Shown here piece by piece: positions 39,501-51,594 of a DNA stretch of 64,000 nt. The stretch spans positions 1-64,000 of the forward strand of contig KZ538212.1 in NCBI GenBank assembly GCA_000934665.2. The letters run 5' to 3'. A program made the translations under genes and the position numbers. This DNA is from Catajapyx aquilonaris (lineage: Eukaryota). Position 1 is the first letter of the stretch, and every line of letters begins with the position of its first letter. The notes beneath the pieces are model-generated. The model was given only the letters and a program-made list of their open reading frames with translations, did not search any database and had not been told where the DNA came from.

Positions 39501-42449
39501 CCACTGTAGGATTCGTCTCATCATGTGGCACCCGCTACTCATTTTTTTGGAGACGATTTTTTTGGGGGGTGTCATATTTATAATAGCTGGGCTTGTCTCG
39601 TGTCGTGCCCTTTTTTTTGTAAACAGCTACAGGGTGTAGCACAAGTTCATCCGAACCATTATTGTGTGTAAGGACAGCACCTGCGTCATTTTTACAGGAC
39701 GTTATTTATGAGACATGTGAATGAATAATAATTAAATTTTTAAAACGAAAAAAATGAGTTTTTTTATGTGGTTTTGGAGGAAGGTGTTGGTTGGTCAACC
39801 TGTTTCAGTTTGTTATTCGGCTCTCCTCGTTAATGAGTACCAATTAATGAAAGTAGGCCTAATTATTTTACTGCTCGTGATTGTTATTAGTACATGGGAC
39901 TGTTGAGATGAGAGACAAGTGGAGCCAAAAATTTATAATTATTTTCGAGCGTCATGATATTTGAACTGATTGAAGAGTTTGGATCGAATTTTCGTCCCAC
40001 TCTCAGCAACCACCAAAAATTCCACCAAAACTATAGTTACTTTTAGCAGTACCATTGCATTACACTGCTGCTACTAAAGTTAAAAGTAACTAGTAGTACG
40101 AAGTCTATCCATAGGGTTGGACTAACTATAAAGCGATTTCATATTTATTTAATTAATTTAATAGCATACCATAAAAAAAGCCATTTAAACAATCTTCCAG
40201 CGACAATTGGTCAACAATTTGCAAGCGTGTCTTATTACGATTCGTTGAGATCCGAGATTTGACGAGGGAACGAGCAGTGTCTGGGCGTAATTAATTGCGA
40301 CTCAGGTGCATTAGACTTGTACAAACTCCCTGTTATTTTCCACGGTGCTCAGGCAGCTTGGCGCAGGCTCTATGGGCTCATAAAGAATGAATGAAACTGG
40401 GTAGAAAAAAGCGTCGATTCTCCAGCTTGATAACAGGAACTGACGTCATGGCATGGGCGATAAAGCACACCCCCCTCCTCTCCACCTACTCTATACCTGC
40501 CTCTACTTTCGCGCATCTCTTTTCCACCACCTAATTACCTGATAACACGACGATAAGACCCGGGTACCTGAAACGCAACAAAAACAACAACAATGCGACT
40601 GAAACGGAAAAGTTAAACAAAATAAAAAAGCGCGTTTCTTGTTGTCGTATAGAGATGATTTACGAGCGGATTTAACGCGAGTGTTTAGTCGGCGGCGTTT
40701 TTCATGCGCTTTCGTTGTTGCGGAAAAGGTTGACACGAGGAGTTTAATGTGTGCCGGGTGTTTGTTACAAGGATTGCGTGATGTGTCGGCATCTGGGCAT
40801 CGCTGGTGTCGATAGACAATAGGTGGGCAGTTAGACGCGCTCCAGACGCGCTCCCTTACCAACATGGCTGAGTCTTGCCTATGCATTCTCATCATGTCTT
40901 GTACACGCAATAAAAATGATCAGTTATTGGCAATATTGTAGTCACACATCGACTGGCAACATGTACAGAACTCAATTTAAAAACAAAATATTACGCCGTA
41001 ATTTTCCCTTCGCATGAACTTTACATTATAAGTGCAAAGAGAGACGATTTAAGTGGGAAACGCAGCTTGTGTTTCTGTAACTCATAAATTTCGAGCACAA
41101 AAAAGTGGTTCTGCATCAGCTGAATGACTCATTCAGTAAACTAATAGTAGCTAATTAGCCTTCCTGTCATGTGAAAATTAACTAACCAGTTAAAGTCGCA
41201 TCCGGATTGGTCCAACGATTCACATCGTAAGAGCGATACCACATGAAGAAACAACAGCGGCGTTTATTTATTTCATAATAAAATAAAAAAATTAGTCGAC
41301 AGCTAGTGTCCGACTAGTAGACTATGCCCGGCGCCAGTGTCATCTCCGAAGTGAAGTGGTCAACACAAAGAACTGAAAGAAGGGTCGTAAATTGGAGGAC
41401 TAGCCTTGTTTTGATCCCCCCGACTTGTCGACCCCCCCGAACAAAAGGTCCATGTCACCGACCACCCCGAGGGAACAACGCCTTTTTCTTTTAAGCCGCA
41501 CTTTTCTCCTTTAAAAAGGAAAAAAAAGAAGAAGAAGAAGGCGTCACCATCTGCGGCGTCCTTCTTTCTTACCTAGCCCTGAAGCCCTGCCTTTTTTTTT
41601 TTTCTTGGCCCAGGTCGCCGATCCGGGTCTCGCGCCTGTCGTTCGTCACTTGTCACCCGCGCGCCCGAGGACCTCCATTCCGCGTGTAGGGGGGGCCGAG
41701 GAAACCATTTTGTGCAGCCCCAAACTAATTGGGGGAAAAAAGACTAGAAAGAAATATAGTGGTTTTGTCGGCGAATTTGGGAGGGCCCCTTGTGGTAATA
41801 GGAACCGGTCAGGGTCCCCAAGGGAGAGAGAGAGAGAGAGGCCTCTCTTTTGAGGCGAGACAAAAGTGCCCTTGTGAACAGTCTTTCAAGCGAGGGGTTT
41901 GTTGGGTTGCCTTCCGCCGCGGTTGACAGCTGACCATTCGACAGGGCAAGGCAAGGACCGGAGTATATGTTTACAGGATAGGTTTCCCAGCAGGTTCACC
42001 CAGCACGGGTATGACTACAAATTGAGTGCATAATGAACGGCAGCGTCCCAAGGGAGAATTGTTTCTTCTTGAATTGACCAGGAGTTGACCCCAGGCAGGT
42101 CATCCCCTTTTTGGTGGTCGGCACCCGAAGGCAACCGCTCCACAACTGTTGTTGACAAACAAAAATAAGCCCCAAGTGTCGGGGGTCCAAAAGCAATGTG
42201 GCATCGGCCCCGGGGCAGTCGCCTCCATAATTGCCCCTTCCTTCTGGGGGTTGATGGATGTCCCTCTGTGGGTTTCCATCGTTCGAAAGCGAGAGAGAGA
42301 GACCCCCGACTCTTTGCTGGCGGTAGACATATAAACCAAGGACGTTTTTACAGCCTGCTGGAAAAGGTGGAGAGGGGGGGGGGGGGCAAAGGGGGGGTCT
42401 AATTACTTTACGGGTGGAGTGGCGTACCCAAACTGGTCTAAAAGAAGCC

Positions 42450-42490
42450 GCCAGTAGTAGCCCGCCAGAGCTGAGACTGGTCGGTTGACT
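42450..42490 (+). promoter_or_regulatory. Candidate Inr/DPE core promoter for an internal isoform
   Basis: Inr-like TAGT (A at 42456 as +1), G at +24 and GGTTG at +28..+32 within TCGGTTGA (7/8 match to the Drosophila DPE motif KCGGTTSK). GAGA run at 42291-42302 upstream. Confidence 0.4.
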
Positions 42491-42713
42491 TTCGGTTTCG
42501 CTCCGGATCATCCGGTGGTAGATACAAAACCAGAGTGTGTAGGAAGGAGAAGTGACGTCAGGAGGAAGGAGGAGGCGCCTCACACGCGAGCCTCACACAC
42601 TCGAAGACAAGCAGACATAACAGTGGAAGGCATGGCCGCAGACGTGCCCGAGTGCTGCTGCGGTGTGCAGTGTACCGGTGGCGACGACACGTGCGCGTGA
42701 CAAGGTGCGCCGG

Positions 42714-42762
42714 ATGAGGCTTGGATCCGGAGAGAAGTCTCCTAAACGCGGGGACATGTGTG
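42714..42762 (+). CDS. Candidate alternative first coding exon (MRLGSGEKSPKRGDMC-) splicing to exon B
   Basis: ATG at 42714 (second in-frame ATG at 42756); 16 codons + G followed by consensus gtgagt at 42763. Phase 1 is what exon B requires. No transcript evidence. Confidence 0.5.
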
Positions 42763-44304
42763 GTGAGTTTCTGTCGAGTCCTTGGAAAGTGATCAGCACG
42801 CACGTGCACTTCAGGTTGATTAATCTCCTCAAGGATGTTTACTAACTACAGGGTGGCCGCGAACAATCCGCGACTTTTCGCCTATCATTTTTTCTTCTTC
42901 TTTCTGGCCCGCCATTTTTGAAACGTATAGCGTTGACACCTAACGAGGCACGTAGAACCGTGAATCAACAGTGAATTGCGGTAAGGAGACCATTTTCTCC
43001 ACTCACACCGATAGTTAGGGCCCCAGCATGTAACCCCAGGATAATTCCGATCCCCCCAACAATTGGCCGGGCAAGGAAAACGTGCGAAACCTCGAAGGCC
43101 GCCTCGTCACACGATGCTGTGTCCGCCTTTTTTATGTGCCCGATCTCAGGTGACCAGTGTGACCCAGGGTGTCCAAAACATTTCCATGACGTCAAAGAAC
43201 AAGTACCTAGTGCTTCGGGACATGTCTTTCGCTCCCTTACATTCTCCTTGTTTCATATATATTTTTTGTTGTTTAGGGAGCCCATTTAATGGGTGGGTCC
43301 AGGAGACCAGATGGCAGTGTTTTTGCTCGGACGAAGACCTGGTATTACGTGGCGTAATTGGGAATAACTGCGCACCGAGGTCCGGTAAAATGTCCCAAGC
43401 CCGTCTGATACGTGGACCTTCGAGATGAATGTGCACAAAGGCATTCGGTCGGTCGGGTGAAGGAGACGGAGGGCAGGAAAAGAAGAAGAAAAAAAATGCT
43501 TAGTTGCCATGCACGTAATGTGAAGCAATTATCAAAGTTGCGTGTAAAAACGTTCAAGCCTACATGTGCACAACACCTCATTTATCAAGGTCATAAATTA
43601 TGATCATACACGGCCCGACACAGGCCAAAGATTCGTCGTTGTCATTAGGGACAAACCGAAAGTTTTCGTATAGGAGATGTCGGGTTGAGTGTGACTACAC
43701 GTGACATGGGGTGGTGAACTGAGTGTTCCAGAGCGTCTGCGGTGTTACGTGTCGTACCACCCCTGCATGGTGTGTGTGTCGGCGTGGTAGAACCTCCGGT
43801 ATGAAACCCCAAAGGCGGTTGAGAAGGTCATCCGTGCGGTTGGAGTCGGCTGCGGGGCGGTTCCCGTTGCCTCTCAACACGGACCCGTCATTACCTTCTG
43901 GCACAGGTAGCCGGACACCTTTTTTTTTCCCCCTCCATCTTTCTCTTTCTCTCTGTTCTCTCCAACCGGTCCACCCCACCACCACCATAGAGTATAAAAC
44001 TCGAGGAGGTGGGCATTTGGCTGAGAGGTCAAAGGTGACATTCCGGATCGCGTAATTGCAGGAGGACCATGCTCACCACTGAAGAACGGGTTCTCCCGGT
44101 CTTTTAAGGGTTGGTTTCGCCTACCAAAAGGAACAGAAAGAAGGGGGAGGTGACGAATGGGTGTAGTTATTAGCAGGAGTTGCTTGCAGGAAAACCATTG
44201 CTCCTTAGGAGTACGATTTGCGAGTCCTTCCTCCTCGGATTGACATGTCACAGCTGTCGGCTTACAAGTTAACGAAACACGGCTCACATTTGCGCATACG
44301 AAGT

Positions 44305-45290
44305 TAAAGTTAGCAGCCGCTATTACGTTAGCAACGGCTACTAGTTAACAACGGTCACTAAGTTAGCAACGGCTATTACATTAACAACTACTATAGTTAA
44401 CAACGGTTACTAAATTAGGAACCGCTGCTACTACAGTAACAACTGCTACTACAGTAACAACTGCTACTAGTTAACAACGGTTACTAAATTAGGAACCGCT
44501 GCTACTACAGTAACAACTGCTACTAGTTAACAGCGATTACTAAAGTTAGCAGCTGCCATTACATTAACAACTGCTACTATAGTTAGCAATGGTTACTAGT
44601 TAGCAACAACTATAGTTAGCAACAACTATAGTTAGCAACAACTATAGTTAGCAACGGCTACTGCTTGTACATTAACAACTGCTACTATACCTACTAGTTA
44701 ACAATGGTTACTAGTTAGTAACGGCTACGATATAGGATAGCAGCCGCTATTACATTAACTGCTACTACCTACTAGTAACAATGGTTACTAGTTAGTAACG
44801 GCTACGATATAGGATAGCAGCCGCTATTACATTAACTGCTACTAGTTAACGGTGACTATGTTAGCAACAGCTACTAGTTAGCAACGGCTACTATGTAGGA
44901 TAGCAGCCGCTATTACGTTAACTGCTACTAGTTAACAATTGTTACTACGTTAGCAGCAGCTGTTACGTAACAACTGCTACTACACTAAACCGCGAACCAT
45001 TAAAAGAGCATCACTTTCATGGAACATCCATTGTTAATGCTCTTTATTAATGCGCTTGTAAACTTGTATTGCTTTTGATGCTTTTTAGCAACAAAAAACA
45101 TTGAAAGAGCATCAAAAATTGATTTTCTATGGGCATGATCTTTTAATGCTTTGTGGCGCTTTGCGGTTTATACAGTGTAGTTAGCAACGGTTACTAAGTT
45201 AGCAACAGCTACTAGTTAGCAAGTGCTACATGCTACCTTATTATCGGCTACTAACTTTTGCTATGTTACTATGTTAGTAGCGGCTGTTGG
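44305..45290. repeat. Low-complexity minisatellite (TAGTTA(G/A)CAAC / GCTACTA units) interrupted by a MITE
   Basis: Many 15-20 bp units such as ACTATAGTTAGCAACA and CTACTAGTTAACAACGGTTACTAA; the array resumes after 45180. Confidence 0.88.
44983..45177. mobile_element. 195 bp non-autonomous DNA transposon (CACT...AGTG ends, TA duplication) inserted in the minisatellite
   Basis: ctgctac TA|CACTAAACCGC ... GCGGTTTATACAGTG|TA gttagcaac; removing it restores the host unit ctgctacTAgttagcaac. Internal inverted motifs CATTAAAAGAGCAT / ATGATCTTTTAATG. Confidence 0.72.
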
Positions 45291-46538
45291 GGATTGTATG
45301 TGTTGGAATAAGGCAGCGAGGCTTACACAAATTATTTGGGTCCAGTAGGAGGTCGAAAGGTCACGTGTAATCAGGCACGTTCCATCTTTTGGCGCCGATG
45401 GGACAAAAGGGGCAGAACAGGTGGGAAATTCCCTGGAGTTATTTCCAAGCTCGGTTCCGATCTCTTATATTCCCCCTCCTTCTTTTCATCCACCTCCTAC
45501 CTCCCTTCATTTTTTAAATTCACAATGGTCGAATCTTCCGTGACCATCTTGGCGGCACTGACTTCTTCGGTTTGTGTTGGACAATGGGTGGCATTCAATG
45601 CACCTTCTGCATAAGGGGGCGTCCCACTAAATAAAAGTGGCGGGTCGCCATGGTGTCAAAACATCCTCTCGATCACGTCTCTATCCACAACCCTGCATTC
45701 TTTAAGCATCGTGATTTTTATTTACATTGCAATCAGACGTTCAACAAACGAGGGTTCAACACTTAGACGGGACGCGGGATGGATTTTTGTGTCATGTTAG
45801 TAGATGTTGGCATTTTAGTGACTGGTGAGTGTATCTGTTGTGTACTGAACTTCCGTTAGCCATTGACGGTCCGTTTAGTGGAATGGAGAATTCAATTTGC
45901 TTCATATCTAACGAACTTTTTTTTTACTTCAAAAACTCTTCCCTCTTTTGCTTGGGTGCAAATATTATATTTTGCCCTATTAAGTGAGGGAGGATGGGGA
46001 GAGGAGCTGGGGGTGTATGCTCTGATTAGCAAGGACTCACAAGTGTTTATACTTGGGAGTTTGCACAGTACAAGCTAGGGAGTTGAGGGGGGGTCTCCTT
46101 TTTTTCTTATTCGTGAGGAAGTGATGAAGACAGGACGGTGATTAGCAGGCTCTCTTGCCTCCTTTTTTTTTCTTCTTCTATATATTAATTATCCGCAGCT
46201 CGGGCGAAACCTTGGATCTCTTCTGTGCAAAAGATGCTCGTTAATCCCTGATGCTGAGAGGGGAGGGTAAGGTCCCATTCGGACTCGGCCTTCCGGAAAA
46301 ACCGACGTCGTGACACACAAGGAGGGGTTGTCTCCCTCCCATCCACCCACTCTGGACGTCCTTCTCATTCAACCGCTTGTTTGACCATTCACACTGGGCA
46401 TGATCTCACCTGCTAATTTGGTCGTGGTGTAACCGCCTGACAATATCCGTCCGAATAATAGCTGTGGCGCACTTAGAGAGGCAACAAGTCCCCGACTTAC
46501 GTACGTGTATCGTTTCTGAAACATTATACTGTATAATA

Positions 46539-46877
46539 CAGGGTGTTTCAACTTTTTTGTCCGAACAGTTATCGGAAAATTGCACGTAGCTGCTACTTTG
46601 TAAGCAGTGACTTGCAAACCGGTGATTTGTCGGAGGAATAGAGAATGGGGAAAAAAGAGGGTCACACATCCCATGGCATGTTGTGACCCTCATTTTTCCA
46701 GACTGGACTTGACCCTCAATTTTCATCCCGTATATGCCACTTCAACCTATACGATTCGCACAGGGAATATTCCCCGTTCCTCCAAAAAAAATCACCGTTT
46801 GCAAGTCACTGCTTACAAAGTAGCAGCTACGTCCAATTTTCCGATAACTGTTCGGATAAAAAAGTTGAAACACCCTG
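46539..46877. mobile_element. 339 bp Tc1/mariner-type MITE with ~90 bp TIRs
   Basis: TA|CAGGGTGTTTCAACTTTTTTGTCCGAACAGTTATCGGAAAATTG... mirrored with few mismatches by ...CAATTTTCCGATAACTGTTCGGATAAAAAGTTGAAACACCCTG. The right flank reads TG rather than TA. Confidence 0.9.
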
Positions 46878-47124
46878 TGTATTGTTGGGAATGTCATATT
46901 TTTTTTTGCGAAAGTCCGAATATACGTAAGTCGGGCCCGTACAGGTTGGTGCAAATTGTTCGCTCATTTTTATAGGATGAGGCTAATTGCCCACTTTGAA
47001 GTCGAAATTGCTCTAGTTGAATTTGGATATTTCGGCTTCGTTATGGCGATTTGTGATAGGGGTTGTCCTGCGAGTTAGTGGCCGAATTGATCTTCCATTT
47101 TTCTCTCTCTCTCTCTCATTTTAG

Positions 47125-47366
47125 CGCTGGACAAATTGGGCGTATGCAACCCGGGCGCTCACACGTCGTCTGTCCTGGAGGGTGTTCAGCCGAACCGTGT
47201 GTTTGACCTGGCCAGTCTGGTGCTGTACGGCTGCCAGGCGCTACCAATCAGGCTCAAGATCCTGCTGGACCGACTCTTCGCCGTACTCCAGCACGAGGAG
47301 GTCCTTCAGGTCCTGCACGGATTTGGATGGACATACGACGATTACGCCAGGGGATACATCCTCCAG
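47125..47366 (+). CDS. Basonuclin-like coding exon B: conserved N-terminal domain
   Basis: (CT)n polypyrimidine tract, ttttag|CG acceptor, CAG|gttggt donor. Encodes (A)LDKLG...[56 protein letters not shown], a basonuclin signature. Phase matches exons A and C. Confidence 0.95.
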
Positions 47367-50300
47367 GTTGGTTCCATTACTGCTCATAACGTGTGGTTAC
47401 CCAAACCAATTGATTCTTAATGTGCCGCAATTAAGTTCTATGAAGGAAGTATATAGCGAAGGGAAAATAATCTATGCTTAGAAGATACCAATCTTTCTTT
47501 TGGACAGTTGGGGCTTGAATACTGATGCGCTAATCTGGCCTCCTAATTATTACGCTTCATAACGGCGGTTTTTCCTGTGCCCCGTCGTAGGTCAGTGGAG
47601 ATATAGTTTAACACCTGCCGGTCTGCGGAAGCATGTCCGCAACATATTTTTTTTTTTGTGTGTGTGTCGGCATATTTTGTGTGTGTCCCCTTATTTTTAC
47701 GACCGGGTTTTTGGTCTTGTCGTGACTTGGACCCCACTAGTAAAGTGGATTCCAAAACCCAGGGGCGGGTGACTGCCGCATACCCAAAGTCGGCCCCGAG
47801 GCGAAGGAAAAAGGTGCTAACTGCCGTAAGCCTCACAACAAAAGGCACCGCGGTCCCTCTTCTTTTCAGCGTTGCCAACCCGACACAAAGTCGTGTTCAC
47901 AAAATGTACAGTGTTGTGGGTATGAAGATTTTCTTGTGACACATGGCATGCGCGGTCATAAATATTCCTCTTGGCTTATGCTTTGGCTCTTCATTTTTTT
48001 GAAGCTGAGGGAGGTGGGGGGGCTTCCGCGTGTTGGCAAGGTGGTAATTTCCCCTGCGGTTTCTTTTGAAGATTGGAGCAGGTAGGTGCAAAGAGGGGGA
48101 CCCCAAAAGGGTGGCTGGACAGGGCCGGTTGTAGGATTGGGTGGGGGTGTGAAACAAGAAGGGGGGGCCAGATGCCACCGCAACACCTTAAAAAAATCAG
48201 GAATTTAAAGAGTCGCCTAACCCGCAGGATATTCCCTAATTTCCAAGGAAATTGCAACCAGGTGGTGCTGATTCTTTAAATTCCGCGTTAGATGCGCGAT
48301 TTCTGAAGGCATTTCCTATACAGAACAGGTGTATACTCTGCGCAGTTGGAGCATAATTAGGCAACCCCACGGGAACTGTCTGCTGCCTCTCGCGCAAAAA
48401 AAGAAGTCTTAAGAAGAAGGGCACCTTAGGTCGATCCTGGGGCGTGATATCCACGCAGAGAGTCTAGATTTTTCGCAAAGGACGTGCGGAAGCCGTAAGT
48501 TCAGGTCTCCGCCCACTTCCCAGCAGGTATACACAACACAAAACTCCAAAGGAGAAAAAGCTCTATCTCTCGTCTTGTACTCTTTTTTTTTCTTTTCCTA
48601 CCTTCTTTTCTATCTCTTCCCCTGGGAGCAGGTCCCAGCAAGTACCGGGGCCTGGGCACCGCCCCAAACACGGAATCGTGTCACTCGCCCAATTTCCTGG
48701 GGGAAAAAGTCTCTCGCCTGACCAACAATCCAAGAGGAGAAGGGGTGGAGGATGGGGGGGGGGGNGGGGGGGGTTTCCAGGTCCGCCCCACCGGGGGCCG
48801 AAAAACCATTGTCGTGCGATGCTTTACGTGTTTTGGGTCCAACCAACTTTGTTATTATTGTGAAGACAAGGAGGGTAAGAAATTTTTCTTCCGGGAGAAA
48901 AAAAAAAGATACTTTTTAACTTCTTGACCATTAGCATACATTTTTTTTAAAGGTGTGAGTCTGATGGCGTGTGTGTTACCGCGGAGGAAGTGAACACTTG
49001 CTCTTGTTTCTACACGTTGTATAGCAGGTTGTGATTGCGAAAATGGACCAGAAGTATGGCCTAATTAGAGACAAAAATTTTGGCATTCAAACCCGGTTGT
49101 AATAGCGAACTGTATCCGCACAGGAAAAGAGTCAACAATGCTCGCAAAAATTAACGCCAAACATTACTGACTAATTTCCAGCATGAAGGTTTTTCTGGAG
49201 TTGGTGCAATCGGCCATGTTGCATTACTCTAAGGAGAAAATCTCGGATTAAGTGTATGAACATGTGAGATTAAAAAAAAACAATTGGCAAGCAGCTCTTG
49301 ATTTCCTTCATATAGTTTTTGAAGAAGATTGGACAAAAAGCACATCGTTTGCATCTAATTTTCTCTGTATTTTTGCGCGATTCACTCGAAACACCTTGCA
49401 TCATGCTTTTTTTTAAAAAAAAACGATCGTGTCAGTTCTTAGCTGTGACTTTTGAAGGCCTGTTTATTTTCGAATTGATTGGCACCTTTGTCGGCCGCTT
49501 TGTGTATAGATTTTGTTATGTCACACGAGGAATTAGGGTTTTTGTGTCCGGCGATATTACGCAATTAAGCAATATTTATCTGCATGCAATTCAGGTGTAG
49601 GCATACAAAAGCTGTTCCTATACCTGCTGCATCATTACATCAGATTGAGTGCCCGTGGAATATGCAATTGCACACGAGTCAGATATTCTAAATTTTTTTC
49701 ATTTAGACCGGGATGATTAATGGGGCACATTCCCGCACTTTACATAATCGTCCTTCAGGGCATCTCAAATAATGTCAACAAATTAACTTGTCAATAATAT
49801 ATTTTTATGTAATATGAGAGGCCGTCATGCTATGCACACGCGACATAGAACGATTTTTCCTGACACATCATTATGCAAGTTGTCTGCGACTTGTATGCCC
49901 TCGAGGGATACATATTTGCGACTGTGTTGTTTAGTCCTGATATTCATTTAAAATAGAAGCAACCAATTTCCGCCCGACTTTCTTTTTTAAAAAAACAATT
50001 TTTCTGGGGGTAAGCTACTCAGGCTACATGATGGAATGAGCAAGTGATATGAGAACAGGAAATGGAGCTGGCTGGGCCGATCGGTGTTCCGTGACGGGGT
50101 CGCCCTTTTGCTGTGTCACGGCCCACCCCCTCCAGTCACCCCTCGAAGAAAGAAAAAAAAATTGAAGGAAAAAGGACCTCAAAAACATTTTGGGTGTGAA
50201 GTTTTTTGAAATTAAAGCCCCCGTAGGCCAGCAATTAGCGCTGGAAGTAAATTCTTTCCCTCTCACAACTTGGGGGCTCCAACCCAAGAAAAGAGTATTA

Positions 50301-51535
50301 TTTCCATCCAACCATGCGCAGGATACGGTTGGAAACATAATAAATAACTTAATGGTGGGTATAAGGTGTCGCCCCCAACGCAAAAGGGAATTACTGGCCG
50401 GAAATGAATAGGGGGCGTTGCTGTCTCGCTCGCCATCTGACCTGCCTTGCCTTGCAAAGAGTATATATATATAGGGGGGGACACCCCTCAAGTGTTGTGT
50501 TGTGTCAGGACGTGACCATCCAACTGTTTATTTAGCCCAGGTATCATAACGTAATTTTTTTGTGGAAGAGGGGGGACATGCCTGATGGCCTCGTTACAAG
50601 CTTCTGATTACAGCTTATAAAAACAGTGTACTCAAAAATAAATTAAATAGAAAATATTAGGCTACAATTTATGTCTGAAGGTTGGAAATTTGTGAAGATT
50701 TGCGCTACACTTTGTGTCGAGTGCTTCTTTTTCATTTCTAAACAATTTTCTTGAATTGCTGTGTAATAAAACTGACCTGACACATCGGAAAGTACGCGCC
50801 AATCACTTGCGTTACACAATCACGACTCAATTTCAAGGTAAATGTGACAGGTCGTTATGTACTCCAGGAGTAACGTTGTATGTGTATACAGACGGATAAT
50901 GTATGATTTAAAAAAATAAATCATAACAGCTACTCTTTGAAAGCAAGTGCTTAATTATATGCAGCTTAGTGCGAAATATTTGGAGATTGTTCACAATGTT
51001 ACCTGTCTAATCAGTTAACGAGTAGTTGACCACAAATAACAATTAACGTCGGACTTAGTAACCGAGCAGTGTAACGAGAGTAACAATTAGTGTCAGGCCT
51101 TAGCAATCATCGTTGCGCAGAATCTTCGAGGAGGAAAAGCAGGCATATGCAACCCCTTTTTGTTCGACCCTTTTATTTTTTCGCAAAAAGAAAAGGCCTT
51201 GCCAGGGGGATGTGCCATCTTCCCTAGCAATACCTGTGTGATGCCACCACAGCAACTATAAGGTGCAAGAAAAAGCAAGCCCGGATAATTTATTCATACC
51301 TTGCGAAGCTCGCAATGTCCAAAGGAAAAAAAATTGAATGACAACTAAGGTTATATTGCGCATCGCTCGGTTACGCTAACAACACTTGTGTATACAGGAT
51401 GGCGCACTACCTCATGATAGTTCACTCCAGCAATCACTTTTGTTGAACTTGGGCAGTTGTTCGTTCGAAGTCATGGCCCAACAATTCCTTTTTCCAGTAA
51501 CAATTACAATCCTTCCCCCCCCACCCCCCTCCCAC

Positions 51536-51594
51536 NNNNNNNNNNNNNNNNNNNNNNNNNNNNNNNNNNNNNNNNNNNNNNNNNNNNNNNNNNN
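51536..51594. other. Assembly gap within C-rich tracts
   Basis: 59 Ns flanked by C runs. Confidence 0.99.

Noticed and set aside
43360..43425. Twister ribozyme (GTCCCAAGCCC motif)
   Set aside because: The P4 stem and pseudoknot partners do not pair.
43992..44110. TATA-box promoter followed by a short ORF (MLTTEERVLPVF)
   Set aside because: No initiator at the right spacing and no strong in-phase donor before the stop.
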